This document shows, one piece after another, positions 20,701 to 29,729 of a stretch of DNA of 64,000 nt. The DNA is from an uncultured Chthonomonadaceae bacterium (GTDB taxonomy: Bacteria > Armatimonadota > Chthonomonadetes > Chthonomonadales > Chthonomonadaceae). The notes beneath the pieces were generated by a model. That model searched no databases and was not told the origin of the DNA. It saw only the letters and a program-made list of their open reading frames with translations. The position numbers were made by a program, and so were the translations under genes. The stretch lies in contig CAWIEK010000049.1 in NCBI GenBank assembly GCA_963835065.1, positions 96,001 to 160,000 on the forward strand, given 5' to 3'. Numbering within the stretch: position 1 is the first letter of the stretch; each line of letters starts with the position of its first letter.

Positions 20701-21079
20701 AGGCCATGCCGCTGCCGCGCTCATCATCGTTGCTGGTAATCAGGTACTTGCCGTCCGGCGTCAAAATGGAGCCAAGTGGGTTCATGCCAATCTGCACAGT
20801 TTGTCCTGTCGGCGTCACCTTGCGGCCATTAGGCAAAATTCCGGCAAAGTAGCTTCCCAACTTGTTCGGACCGGCAAACAGTTCCGCGCCCGCGTACACG
20901 CCCGCCTCAGACGTGCCGGCAAGCGGCGTCGTGACCTGCCCCCAGTTTGTGGCATTAATCGTCTGCGCCTGCGCAAAGGCAACTGCCAGCGTAAGAGAAG
21001 TGGCTACGCCTGCGCAAGCCAGCCCCCTCAGCAAACGAGAATCCGCCGCAAGCAATGGCGTTCGACGTGGATATTTCAT
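17798..21079 (-). CDS. Secreted YVTN/YncE beta-propeller plus phosphoesterase (alkaline phosphatase-like) protein
   Basis: Signal peptide; propeller blades (SPDGRYLYVAC, VPVGYFPYGV); IKHVFFVLGENKTFD, ESDAGH, PNMHT, DDAQSTLDH. Confidence 0.85.
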   Translation of the reverse strand: MKYPRRTPLLAADSRLLRGLACAGVATSLTLAVAFAQAQTINATNWGQVTTPLAGTSEAGVYAGAELFAGPNKLGSYFAGILPNGRKVTPTGQTVQIGMNPLGSILTPDGKYLITSNDDERGSGMASLQSAINIGGYSLSVLRTSDMTVVSQIATAGPVYIGLQVKGNGPYALYASAGPSQSVKTFSISPAGIISGGAAITILPILPKNQNYVSNYTVAPGSQASFPVGSSVIYRPAGYSTGGAKITFPAGSALSPDGRYLYVACNGDNSLAVIDTSLNTVVKQVPVGYFPYGVSVSRDGSKVLVSNWGVTEYKFGNVTYDSNGDLTALNPINTLGIPNLPDGFYVPPISATGSNPKTSSISIVSIPGGNPANATLLGAVYQGQPGGFDPAYRIGIDPLYLVGDTHPCATAIVRKGTQEVLYVCKANNDSIGLIVVNNSRRLRDFNLAPVNVTLRDRHKAHGAYPNAIAVSPDNTRAYVAEAGINSVAVLDTSNPTKPKLLGRIPTDWYPTGVNVSADGKTLFVINAKGIGEDINPKTVSGTHNPTGVELFTDSNYIFGTAQKIDLTTLALDNTTVLGNNFAFHNSVDTSVVPAGGGASAKIKHVFFVLGENKTFDSFLGNQSHFGAFASNTFNNPDGGIHANAQFTGVVPNIQILARTFATGVNYYSDSEESDAGHQFCASGTASDYMEKTLLVKSGRGMLVNKNFDVEDYPESGYIYNNAARNGVDFKLYGLEAARIIGTDTGDSTPSTLNDPASGKMGYPTLSTNNPPTIFNPLVNAGDVDTLFNRPNGQARPYGVGQSFFMAYPGLAVVGTTNRSGEPRLDQSYPGYNFNISDQRRANEFIADFDRMNAAGTLPQFLYIYVPNMHTGGTRAANIASPTAPQQVADGDVAVGMIIQHIMHSSVYYSNPDTGGDGTGSAIIFSVDDAQSTLDHIHQHRTPVVIVSPYAKPGYLAKQHYSTASIVKTEELLLGLPPNNLGDLFATDMRDMFQPTYNGITLDSSQFTRIAKYTPTTEGHRIWALVKNLDLSGPDRDSHRLGVITRLSMKADDLHKAAAVKHHLNAPQYKATQAHLYTLACNVVKGPAPRDDDD

Positions 21080-21452
21080 CGCGATTGGTTTCTCCTTCTT
21101 CGGAAGTAAAGTTTTTAAGGGTGTTAGGGTTCTATGGTTTTAGGTGTTTGGTATTCAGACTTCCTATATTCCGTATTCCTGAATTCCGTCTTCCAACTTC
21201 TGCCTTCTAGCCCGTCTCTGCTTACCACTTCTCTAATAAGTGTACCTGTTGTAGCATTTTTGTTGTTAAGCGGGCATTAAGATGAGGTTAAATTGATGTT
21301 GAAGCAGGCGCGAAGACGAAAGTCTCGCATTTTCAGGCGCTGAATTTTCCGCAGGGCAGGAAATTGCCCTTGCCGCGTGGAAACATTCAGGCATCGGCAG
21401 AACGCAAATTTACGTTCTTGCGCGGCGAATTATCTACCTTCAGGAGAACACG

Positions 21453-22130
21453 ATGGCACGAACAGCATTAATCGTACATGGCGGATGGGAAGGGCACGAA
21501 CCCCGGCAGGTGGCGGAAGTCATTGACGAGCTTCTGCGCGGCAAGGGGTTTGAAACAGAAGTATCGGACACGCTCGACGCTTTCAAGGACGCGGAAAAAC
21601 TCATGGAATTGAGCCTCATCGTTCCCGTTTGGACAATGGGCAAAATTTCGGGCGAGCAGCTCAACCCGGTTGTCGCGGCGGTGAAAAACGGCGTAGGCAT
21701 CGGCGGCTGTCACGGCGGCATGTGCGACAGTTTCCGCGAAGCCACAGAATGGCAGTTTATGACGGGCGGGCAGTGGGTGTCCCATCCCGGCAACGCGGGC
21801 GTCACCTACCCGGTCCACATCACCGACCCGAACCACTTCATCACGCAGGGCACGTCGGATTTTCAGGTCACGTCGGAACAATACTATCTGCACACCGACC
21901 CCGGCAACAAAGTGCTGGCGACAACCCCGTTCCCCACACCCGGCGCGGACGGCCCGCATGTCACCAATGGCACGATTACCATGCCCGTCGTCTGGACCAA
22001 AATGTATGGGCAGGGGCGCGTGTTCTACTCGTCCATCGGCCACGTCGCCGCAACCGTCCTCGAACCCGACCCGCTTCGCCTGCTGACTCGCGGCCTGCTG
22101 TGGGCGGCCAAAGCGGAAGATGCGGCGTAG
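21453..22130 (+). CDS. ThuA domain protein (class I glutamine amidotransferase-like)
   Basis: GGWEGHEP, GGCHGGMCDSFR, GGQWVSHP, SEQYY, GRVFYSSIGH. Confidence 0.85.
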   Translation: MARTALIVHGGWEGHEPRQVAEVIDELLRGKGFETEVSDTLDAFKDAEKLMELSLIVPVWTMGKISGEQLNPVVAAVKNGVGIGGCHGGMCDSFREATEWQFMTGGQWVSHPGNAGVTYPVHITDPNHFITQGTSDFQVTSEQYYLHTDPGNKVLATTPFPTPGADGPHVTNGTITMPVVWTKMYGQGRVFYSSIGHVAATVLEPDPLRLLTRGLLWAAKAEDAA

Positions 22131-22292
22131 GTTGGTGGTTAGTGAATGGTGGTTGGTGGTTGGCAGATTGCGTTTATGATTGTGCGGCAACGCAATCATG
22201 GGCTGCTGCCCGTCCATGCCGGCAGTTGGATATGCCGGCTTGAGCGGTATGGCTTACGTAATACGGAAACTGTTTGGTAAAGGAGTGGGTGC

Positions 22293-23495
22293 ATGGCCGC
22301 AACCTACATTGAGAAAGAAGTGGAGCGCGTCAATCGCAATTTGATGCTTGTCAACGGGGGCATTTTGGCATTGTTCGCGCTGTTTTTTGCGTTTATGATG
22401 CTTGGCGGCGTAATGAGACAGCGTTCCCATGAACAACTTCAGGCTTACGGCGCGGCGCACAGCGCCAATGCGATTTACAGGCAGCCTGCCGCGCTTGACA
22501 GTTCCCATCCGACCCGCATCAGCGCGGCAGAAGTGGCGTCAACGCAGCGTTTGGAAGAACTGGCGGGACATGCCGTTACGTTTTCCGACCCACAGGCGCA
22601 AAACCTGATGTTTCCCGTATGGAACTTTATGGGCAGGGTAACCGGCAAAAACAAGCCGCATATCCCCCCGTACTATCACGTCAGCAGCGCCGGTGGGAAA
22701 TTGCTGCTGATTTTACCTGACAAATCGGAGGCAGGCACGACCTTTACGGGCGTGATTCGGCCCCTGGCAGACGTAGATTTCAACGCCGTTCACCCGGCGC
22801 TGATGGCGCGCGGTTTTCAGCAGGAATTGCAGCCCTTTATTTTGGATTGCCTGTCCCTTTCGCCTCCCGACGGCGCAGCGCCCTTGCCTGTCGTGATGCA
22901 TCCGGTGGGAAATGGGGGGCGAGGGTTCCCCTCGTATGTGGTCGTGTTTGGGCTGTTGGCCACTTTATGCGGCTGGAATGTCGTAAAAGCGTTCAAGCGC
23001 ATTAAAAGCCCGCTGACGCATCCCATTTATACGAAGCTGGCGCAGTACGGCTCGCCCCCGGATTTAGTCCGCGCTATCGAAGCCGAGCGGCAGGCCGGCG
23101 TTACGGTTCTCGCCCCGGCGCAATTCATCTATTCGTGGATGCTGATTCCCTCGTTTTGGAGCCTGGACGTGGTTCCTCTGGATCAACTCGCGTGGGTTTT
23201 CAAGATGGTTACTTTCGTCAACTTCATTCCCATGATGTTCAGCCTGCGCGTTTTGGATCGTGAGGGCAAAGGCCATCCCATTTCTACAAGTGACGCGCAG
23301 ATGACCCGCATCATGGACTACATTGGGCAGGTGCGCCCCTGGGTCATGCTGGGGTACAGCCGCGAACGGCGCGACCTTTTTTCGTGTGACCGCGCCCGCT
23401 TTCTCGCGGAAATAGACGCTCGCCGCCGGCAGTTTCAGCCTGTGCCTATGCCTGCGCCGGTTCCGCTTTCCGGCTATCCTGCGCCACGTCCATGA
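22293..23495 (+). CDS. Hypothetical membrane protein
   Basis: 400-aa ORF with AAGGAG RBS and several TM segments. Confidence 0.7.
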   Translation: MAATYIEKEVERVNRNLMLVNGGILALFALFFAFMMLGGVMRQRSHEQLQAYGAAHSANAIYRQPAALDSSHPTRISAAEVASTQRLEELAGHAVTFSDPQAQNLMFPVWNFMGRVTGKNKPHIPPYYHVSSAGGKLLLILPDKSEAGTTFTGVIRPLADVDFNAVHPALMARGFQQELQPFILDCLSLSPPDGAAPLPVVMHPVGNGGRGFPSYVVVFGLLATLCGWNVVKAFKRIKSPLTHPIYTKLAQYGSPPDLVRAIEAERQAGVTVLAPAQFIYSWMLIPSFWSLDVVPLDQLAWVFKMVTFVNFIPMMFSLRVLDREGKGHPISTSDAQMTRIMDYIGQVRPWVMLGYSRERRDLFSCDRARFLAEIDARRRQFQPVPMPAPVPLSGYPAPRP

Positions 23496-23696
23496 AGAAG
23501 GGACACCGAATAGGCTATGAACACACATCAGCACACAGCCATCCGCGCAATCTTGGTGGTTGGTGCTTGGTCGCAGTTGATTAGTGTTCGGGACGGAATG
23601 TGCTACTATAATAACTGGAAATCTCGCCACGAAGGTGAGGCCGTTCCGGCTAAGTTCTTAGCTGGGCGTCTGACAACGGTAACACAGGAGTAGGCT

Positions 23697-24087
23697 ATGC
23701 AGCTTCAAATCAGATCGGTTATGGGCAAAGCAGGCGCGCGAAACGGTTTTGCGCTCATCGAACTGCTTGTCGTGATTGCCTTGATTGCGGTGTTGAGCGC
23801 GGGACTGTATACTTTCTACGCGGGGCGCAGCAACGGCAAGCCGGGATCGAAAAAGACGCCGCTGGATGTTACGTATGACAGCGTATGCCTCCAAAAATCT
23901 GGTCAGCGTCCGGCAGTGCATCAAAGCGGAAGAAGCCACGGATGAGGAAAAGCACCCCGCCGCCCTGACCGCTATCAAGTCACTGACTCCCGACCTGCGC
24001 GCCTGTCCCGTCGGCAAAGAGCCTTACGTCTATGACCCGCAAACCGGAGAAGTGCATTGCGTTCATCCGGGGCATGAAAAATACTGA
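23697..24087 (+). CDS. Small prepilin-type (pilin/pseudopilin-like) protein; +1 frameshift in the A-run near 23893-23897
   Basis: [17 protein letters not shown]; removing one A gives VCLQNLVSVRQ..CPVGKEPYVYDP..HCVHPGH. Confidence 0.8.
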
Positions 24088-24091
24088 AGAT

Positions 24092-24192
24092 GGTATTCAG
24101 GTGTTCGGGAATACAAAAGTACCGAACTTTACTTTACGGCAACTATACTGGCTGAACACCTGAACACCTGAACACCTGAATACCTGAATACC
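24092..24192. repeat. Inverted octamer arrays, GGTATTCAGGTGTTC / (CTGAAYAC)x5
   Basis: Read directly; related units at about 31630-31660 and 39201-39225. Confidence 0.85.
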
Positions 24193-24202
24193 CTCCTCAA
24201 CT

Positions 24203-25564
24203 ATGTTCAAGAAAATTCTGATTGCCAATCGGGGCGAAATTGCCGTTCGCATTATCCGCGCCTGCAAGGAACTGAAAGTAAAAACGGTTGCGGTTCACTC
24301 GACGGCGGATTCCAATTCACAGCATGTTCATCTGGCGGATGAGGCTGTGTGCATCGGGCCACCGCCGCCACGCGATAGCTACCTGAATGATGTCAATATC
24401 ATCAGCGCGGCGCTGATTACGGGCGCGGAAGCGATTCATCCCGGCATCGGGTTTTTGTCGGAGCGGGCCAGTTTCGCGGAAGCCTGCGAAGCGCATGAGC
24501 TGAAGTTCATTGGGCCGTCGGCTGCCGTAATGGAGCGGATGGGCGATAAATCGGTGGCGCGGGAAACCATGCGTGCGGCGGGCGTTCCCGTTGTGCCCGG
24601 CTCCAACGGGCCATTAGAAACGGTAGAAGAAGCGCAGGAATTTGCCCGCAAAATCGGGTTTCCCCTGCTCATCAAGGCGGCGCTTGGTGGAGGCGGCAGA
24701 GGGATTCGGCTGGTTCAAAACGAGGAGGAACTGCCGCGCCAATTCGATATGGCGCGGACGGAAGCCGCCTCTTCGTTCGGCAAGCCGGATGTGTACATGG
24801 AAAAGTTTGTCGAGGAACCGCGCCACGTCGAAGTGCAGATTCTGGCGGACGAACACGGGCATATCGTCCATCTGGGCGAACGCGAATGTTCCATCCAAAA
24901 CCTGCGGCATCAAAAAATCATCGAAGAGTCGCCCTGGGAAAAAATGCCCAACGGCCTGCGTAATAAAATGGGGGATGCGGCAATACGGGCGGCAAAGGCG
25001 ATAGGCTACGCCAACGCGGGAACCGTTGAATTCCTGGTGGACGCCAACCATGATTTTTACTTCATGGAGATGAACAAGCGGCTGCAGGTGGAACACTGCG
25101 TAACCGAAATGGTCACGGGTATTGATTTGGTGAAGCAGCAACTGCGGATTGCATCGGGAGAAAAACTGGCGTTCGGGCAACGGGATATTCGCTGGGAAGG
25201 CCATGCCATCGAGTGCCGCATCAACGCCGAAGACCCCGACCGCAACTTCGCGCCGAGCGCGGGGCGCATTGACCGGGTGGTATTGCCGGGCGGGTATGGC
25301 GTTCGCGTGGATACCCACATCACCGCCGGGTACGAAGTGCCACCTTATTATGATCCCCTGCTGGCAAAAATCATCGTGTGGGACAAAGACAGAGTCGGCG
25401 CGATTGCCCGGATGCAGCGCTGTTTGCAGGAAACCGAGATTACCGGGGTGAAAACTAACATCGCGCTGCAATTGAAAATACTTGCCAACGCTTTTTATCG
25501 GCGCGGCGAACTGTCCACCGACTTTTTACAGCGCCGCATCATTGACGGCAACAACGGCAAATGA
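24203..25564 (+). CDS. accC: Acetyl-CoA carboxylase biotin carboxylase subunit
   Basis: KILIANRGEIAVR, GGGGRG, RECSIQ, RLQVEH, YYDPLLAK. Confidence 0.95.
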   Translation: MFKKILIANRGEIAVRIIRACKELKVKTVAVHSTADSNSQHVHLADEAVCIGPPPPRDSYLNDVNIISAALITGAEAIHPGIGFLSERASFAEACEAHELKFIGPSAAVMERMGDKSVARETMRAAGVPVVPGSNGPLETVEEAQEFARKIGFPLLIKAALGGGGRGIRLVQNEEELPRQFDMARTEAASSFGKPDVYMEKFVEEPRHVEVQILADEHGHIVHLGERECSIQNLRHQKIIEESPWEKMPNGLRNKMGDAAIRAAKAIGYANAGTVEFLVDANHDFYFMEMNKRLQVEHCVTEMVTGIDLVKQQLRIASGEKLAFGQRDIRWEGHAIECRINAEDPDRNFAPSAGRIDRVVLPGGYGVRVDTHITAGYEVPPYYDPLLAKIIVWDKDRVGAIARMQRCLQETEITGVKTNIALQLKILANAFYRRGELSTDFLQRRIIDGNNGK

Positions 25565-25644
25565 AATAATCTTTGTGTTGATTACATGGGATGGCAACGT
25601 ATAAAGGCGCAAGCGGCTAGTTCGTACCCAACGGAGGTAATTGT

Positions 25645-25962
25645 GTGCTTAGGCTTGGCGACTTGACCCCCGATGAAATCGCGCGTCTTCAGCAAATTGC
25701 TAATGAATACGGTACACCAATTGGCGTGTTCGGCAGCGCCGCGCGTGGGACTCGCAGAGGGGTCGGAACAAGTCTCCCACTTGGCAAAGGACCGGGTACG
25801 CGCAGCGATATTGATCTTGGTATACCAGGACACATGCGAGGCGGGCCAATGGAAGAGGCTCTTAATGGAGAGTTCGGGCCTGACATTGATGCACATGGTA
25901 TTTTGAGCTACTTCCCACCCAAAGGCGCGAACGAAATCGAAATAACGCCCGATGAGGGATAA
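25645..25962 (+). CDS. Nucleotidyltransferase-motif protein resembling an orphan polymorphic-toxin C-terminal domain
   Basis: VFGSAARG..SDIDL motif; GGAGGT RBS before GTG; lies in an AT-richer insert. Confidence 0.55.
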   Translation: MLRLGDLTPDEIARLQQIANEYGTPIGVFGSAARGTRRGVGTSLPLGKGPGTRSDIDLGIPGHMRGGPMEEALNGEFGPDIDAHGILSYFPPKGANEIEITPDEG

Positions 25963-26092
25963 TTGTTGACAAGCAGTATCTTTGCGCTTTGTCGAATTTT
26001 AAAATGTAAGCACACGACTGAGCAAAGCAGTTTTTAATCTCATGCTCAAATAAAGTGCAAAGATTCTGTACAATGAGTAAGGAACGGCAAAG

Positions 26093-26497
26093 ATGAAAAA
26101 CAACTTTGTTGACAAAGAATATCCGACGCGCGGCATTGATGGCAAGCTGACAGGAGAACGGACGGTGATCAGGTATGCTTCCGATGGCAAAGAGGCTGCG
26201 CGTTTTGGTTATGACGCTTCGGGGCAGGAAACATTTCGTCAGTCTGTTACCTGTAGCGAAAACGACAAAGGGCTTGAAAAAACGGTGTCTACGTTCCGCC
26301 CCGATGGTTCCCTATTACAGAAATCTATCACGTATTTTAATAAAGAAGGGGAAATTTCCGAAATTCTCACAGTAGATGCTGGCGGTAAAGTGTTGGATCG
26401 ACAAGTCTATACTTATTCGCACAACATGGTTGCCTACTCTCATTTTGATGAAACAGAACGGCTAATCGAGGTATGGTCACGCTGCATTAAAAGTTGA
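26093..26497 (+). CDS. Hypothetical beta-rich repeat protein, candidate immunity protein
   Basis: AT-rich; repeated Y/F-x-x-x-G hairpin units (RYASDG, GYDASG, TFRPDG, YFNKEG). Confidence 0.55.
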   Translation: MKNNFVDKEYPTRGIDGKLTGERTVIRYASDGKEAARFGYDASGQETFRQSVTCSENDKGLEKTVSTFRPDGSLLQKSITYFNKEGEISEILTVDAGGKVLDRQVYTYSHNMVAYSHFDETERLIEVWSRCIKS

Positions 26498-26500
26498 AGG

Positions 26501-26803
26501 ATGGGGCAACAGGAATCGCGCATGTTCGTATATACGCAGGAAAACATTCAAACTCGTTCGCAGCTCAAGCAGATCGTCAATCTGGCGCAGTGTAGCCATG
26601 TCACCATTCTGCTGTCGGACAAGCATTACATTATTGCGCACTTCGGCAAGGAGGAGCGGGTTCCACTGGCAAAAGCCGACACCCTGCCGGAAGCGGAAGG
26701 GCTGCTGCGCCTGATTTTGCAGTCTATGGAAAATCAAGCGCGGACGCTTGATTTGACCGAACCTAACATTGAGGGGATGCGTCGGGCGCTGATGCCCCGC
26801 TAA
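26501..26803 (+). CDS. Hypothetical protein
   Basis: 100-aa ORF with host-like codon usage, co-oriented with neighbours. Confidence 0.6.
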   Translation: MGQQESRMFVYTQENIQTRSQLKQIVNLAQCSHVTILLSDKHYIIAHFGKEERVPLAKADTLPEAEGLLRLILQSMENQARTLDLTEPNIEGMRRALMPR

Positions 26804-26828
26804 TTTCTCAACATTTCTGAAAAGAACT

Positions 26829-28175
26829 ATGGAGATGAAGAAAATGCGAATAGCTCACATCGGAGTGTTTGCCGGTTTGCTGGCGGTTGGTTTGCCCGCG
26901 ATTGCGCCAATGCAGGCGCAGGCGGCGGAACCTCGCGCCGGACGCGCGCCCCGCAAGGTTTCGCCGTTCTTCCTGAAAGACAATGACCGCGTGGTGTTTT
27001 ACGGCGACAGCATCACGGATCAGCGCCTGTATACCACGTACATTGAAAGCTACTGCGTGACGCGGTTTCCCAAGAAGAACCTGACCTTTGTTCATTCGGG
27101 GTGGGGCGGGGATCGGGTAACGGGCGGCGGCGGCGGGCCGATTGATTTGCGCTTGCAGCGCGACGTACTGCCGTACAAGCCTACGGTCGTAACGATCTGC
27201 CTGGGCATGAACGATGCCAGTTACCGGGCATTCGACCAAAATATTTTCAACACGTATGTGAGCGGCTACCGGCATATCATCGAAACCCTGCAAAAGCAAT
27301 TGCCGGGTGTCCGCCTGACCCTGCTCACCGCTCCCGCTTATGACGATGTGACGCGCGCGCCGGGCTTTGCGGGCGGCATTAACAGTACGCTGGTGGCCTA
27401 TGGCGAGGCCGTCCGGCAGCTTGGGCAGGAGTACAACATTCCGGTTGCCGATACGAACGCGCCCCTTGTGGCTGTTCTGAGCCGCGCAAACACGCTCAAT
27501 CCCCAGGTGGCCTCGAAAATCATTCCTGACCGCGTTCATCCGCAGCATGGCGGGCATTTGATTATGGCGGCTGCCGTACTTAAGGCCTGGAACGCTCCGG
27601 CAACCGTTGCCGACATTGAAATCAACGCGCCAAATGGACAGGTGGAGCGCGCGGAAAATACCCGTATTTCCAGTGTCACGACGGGCGGCGACAAACTCAG
27701 TTTCACGGAATTGGATAACACGCTGCCCTGGCCGCTGGACCGCGACCCGGAGCGGGATGCGGATACGCAAGTCGCCCTGGCTGTAACCGACACCGAACAA
27801 GACTTGAACCGCTATATGCTCAAAGTGACCGGCTTGAAAGCAGCGCGCTACCAATTGGCGGTAGATGGCAAGGCGCTGGGAACCTTTGCAAGCAGTGATT
27901 TAGCGAACGGCATTGATCTTGCAATGCTGAACGGCCTGCCCGCCAATGAGCAGGCGCGTCTTGTCCTGGGCGTGACGCGCAAGCACAACGACCTGCATTT
28001 CCGCAAGTGGCGTCAGGTGCAGTTGGCTGATAAGCGTAAAGGAATTGATGACGTACCCGCCGATGTTCGCGCCCAAATGGACGCGCTGGACGCGCAGGAA
28101 GCCGACGCTGTGAAAGAACAACGCGCCCTGTTAGCGCCCCGCCCCCATCGCGTGGAACTGACGCCGGAAGCGTAG
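26829..28175 (+). CDS. Secreted SGNH/GDSL hydrolase
   Basis: Signal peptide; FYGDSIT, GWGGD, GMND, DRVHP. Confidence 0.9.
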   Translation: MEMKKMRIAHIGVFAGLLAVGLPAIAPMQAQAAEPRAGRAPRKVSPFFLKDNDRVVFYGDSITDQRLYTTYIESYCVTRFPKKNLTFVHSGWGGDRVTGGGGGPIDLRLQRDVLPYKPTVVTICLGMNDASYRAFDQNIFNTYVSGYRHIIETLQKQLPGVRLTLLTAPAYDDVTRAPGFAGGINSTLVAYGEAVRQLGQEYNIPVADTNAPLVAVLSRANTLNPQVASKIIPDRVHPQHGGHLIMAAAVLKAWNAPATVADIEINAPNGQVERAENTRISSVTTGGDKLSFTELDNTLPWPLDRDPERDADTQVALAVTDTEQDLNRYMLKVTGLKAARYQLAVDGKALGTFASSDLANGIDLAMLNGLPANEQARLVLGVTRKHNDLHFRKWRQVQLADKRKGIDDVPADVRAQMDALDAQEADAVKEQRALLAPRPHRVELTPEA

Positions 28176-28177
28176 GG

Positions 28178-28303
28178 AAAGGATGAAGGATGAAGGATGA
28201 ATTTAGGGAACAGGAAACAGGGGACAGGGAACAGAACTCCCGAATACCGAATACCGAACACCCAACACCGCCTTTATCCTTCATCCTTCATCCTTCATCC
28301 TTT
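28178..28303. repeat. Nested inverted heptamer arrays (GGATGAA)n...(TTCATCC)n
   Basis: 24-bp perfect inverted repeat at 28178-28201 and 28280-28303, enclosing GGGAACA-like and CCGAATA-like heptamer arrays. Confidence 0.9.
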
Positions 28304-29626
28304 GCAGAAATTGATTCCGCCCGTGAGGACGAATTCGATACCGTTCTGGAAGTGATGTGCGCCGCGTTTGAATTGCCGTATCAGGTGGCTCGACCTGTCT
28401 TTTATGCCGATCCTTACTTTGACGCGGAAAACAAGCGGGTTTTGCGCGTGGATGGCAAAATTGTATCGTGCCTGACGATTACTTCGGCGCGGTGTCAGGT
28501 GGGCAAAACGGTGCTGCCCATTGCCGGGATTTCGGGCGTGGCGACGCTGCCGGAGCATCAGCGCAAAGGCTATGCAAGCCGCTTGATTGTGGAAACGCTG
28601 CACACGCTGCGCGAACGCGGGGTTGCGCTTGCGGGATTATTCCCGTATGATTACGCTTACTATCGCCGGTTGGGTTGGGAAACGGCCAGTGTCGGCTATG
28701 CTTTTGCCATCGCTCCTGTCAACCTGCCTTCTTACTCTGAAGCTGCCGGAGTGCAAACCGCCGCTCCCGAACACTGGTCAGCCCTTGCAGAGTTGTACAA
28801 TAATTCTTCGGAATCATGGACACTGCGGGCTACACGGGATGAAAAACGCTGGCGATATGTACAGGATCGGGTTGCGAGCGCATGTGTGTATGTTCATGTG
28901 GCGGAAACCGGTGAAACTGTCGAGGGGTACTTGCTGTATGATATACAGCCGGGGCGGGTGCAGATTGGCGCGACGGATCTGGAGCAGCCTCCTGTTTTGC
29001 GCGTGATGGAGTTTTGCGCAAGCACCCTACGGGCGCGGCGCGGATTGTTAGGGCATCTTGCTTTACAGCGTCAGGTGGGCAGGATCGAATATGTCACTAC
29101 GCCACAGCAATTAGAAGCGGTAGGGTTGATGGGACTGTCTTGCCCGAAGGGAATAGACGGACCGTTTGCGCAGATCACGCTTACGCCCTCGTTAATGCTT
29201 CGGGCAGTGGATTTCGCGCGGATTATAGAATCTTTGCGCGTCAATTGGGACGGTTTTGCAGGCGAAATCCTCCTGTCGCTGAAAGATGAACTGCTTGCGC
29301 CCGACAGCGCGAACGTACTGATCAGCGGGGATGGCACAGGATTGCCGAATGTTGTGAATGTCTCCGAAACGAGCGCAGGGGAACGTCTGCCGGGAGAGCG
29401 CAACCCGGCGTCCTTGCCCAATCAGGAAACGGCGGAAAATAAAGCGGAATTAGCGCGCGTGGAGGGCAATGTCGGCGCCTGGTCGCAGGTTCTGGTGGGG
29501 CATGTCAGTGGCGACGATTCCTGCGCGATGGGCTGTCTGCAAGCCTCTGCGCCTGTCGCGGCTGCGCTTGCCGGACAACTCTTTCCTGCCCGTTTTCCGT
29601 TTCTGCCAGTTCCCGATCACTTTTGA
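28190..29626 (+). CDS. GNAT acetyltransferase, Eis-like; first ~38 aa derive from repeat sequence
   Basis: GISGVATLPEHQRKGYAS, LFPYDYAYYRRLGWE, C-terminal DHF. Confidence 0.85.
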   Translation: MKDEFREQETGDREQNSRIPNTEHPTPPLSFILHPSSFAEIDSAREDEFDTVLEVMCAAFELPYQVARPVFYADPYFDAENKRVLRVDGKIVSCLTITSARCQVGKTVLPIAGISGVATLPEHQRKGYASRLIVETLHTLRERGVALAGLFPYDYAYYRRLGWETASVGYAFAIAPVNLPSYSEAAGVQTAAPEHWSALAELYNNSSESWTLRATRDEKRWRYVQDRVASACVYVHVAETGETVEGYLLYDIQPGRVQIGATDLEQPPVLRVMEFCASTLRARRGLLGHLALQRQVGRIEYVTTPQQLEAVGLMGLSCPKGIDGPFAQITLTPSLMLRAVDFARIIESLRVNWDGFAGEILLSLKDELLAPDSANVLISGDGTGLPNVVNVSETSAGERLPGERNPASLPNQETAENKAELARVEGNVGAWSQVLVGHVSGDDSCAMGCLQASAPVAAALAGQLFPARFPFLPVPDHF

Positions 29627-29729
29627 TTTGTTGTTGACTTGTGGTTGACTTTGTGGCTTCGCTGATAACCAGACGGCGTTTTAAGCGTCTGTATCTGTTG
29701 AAGTTTTCTTTTGAAAGGAATATCGCGTT

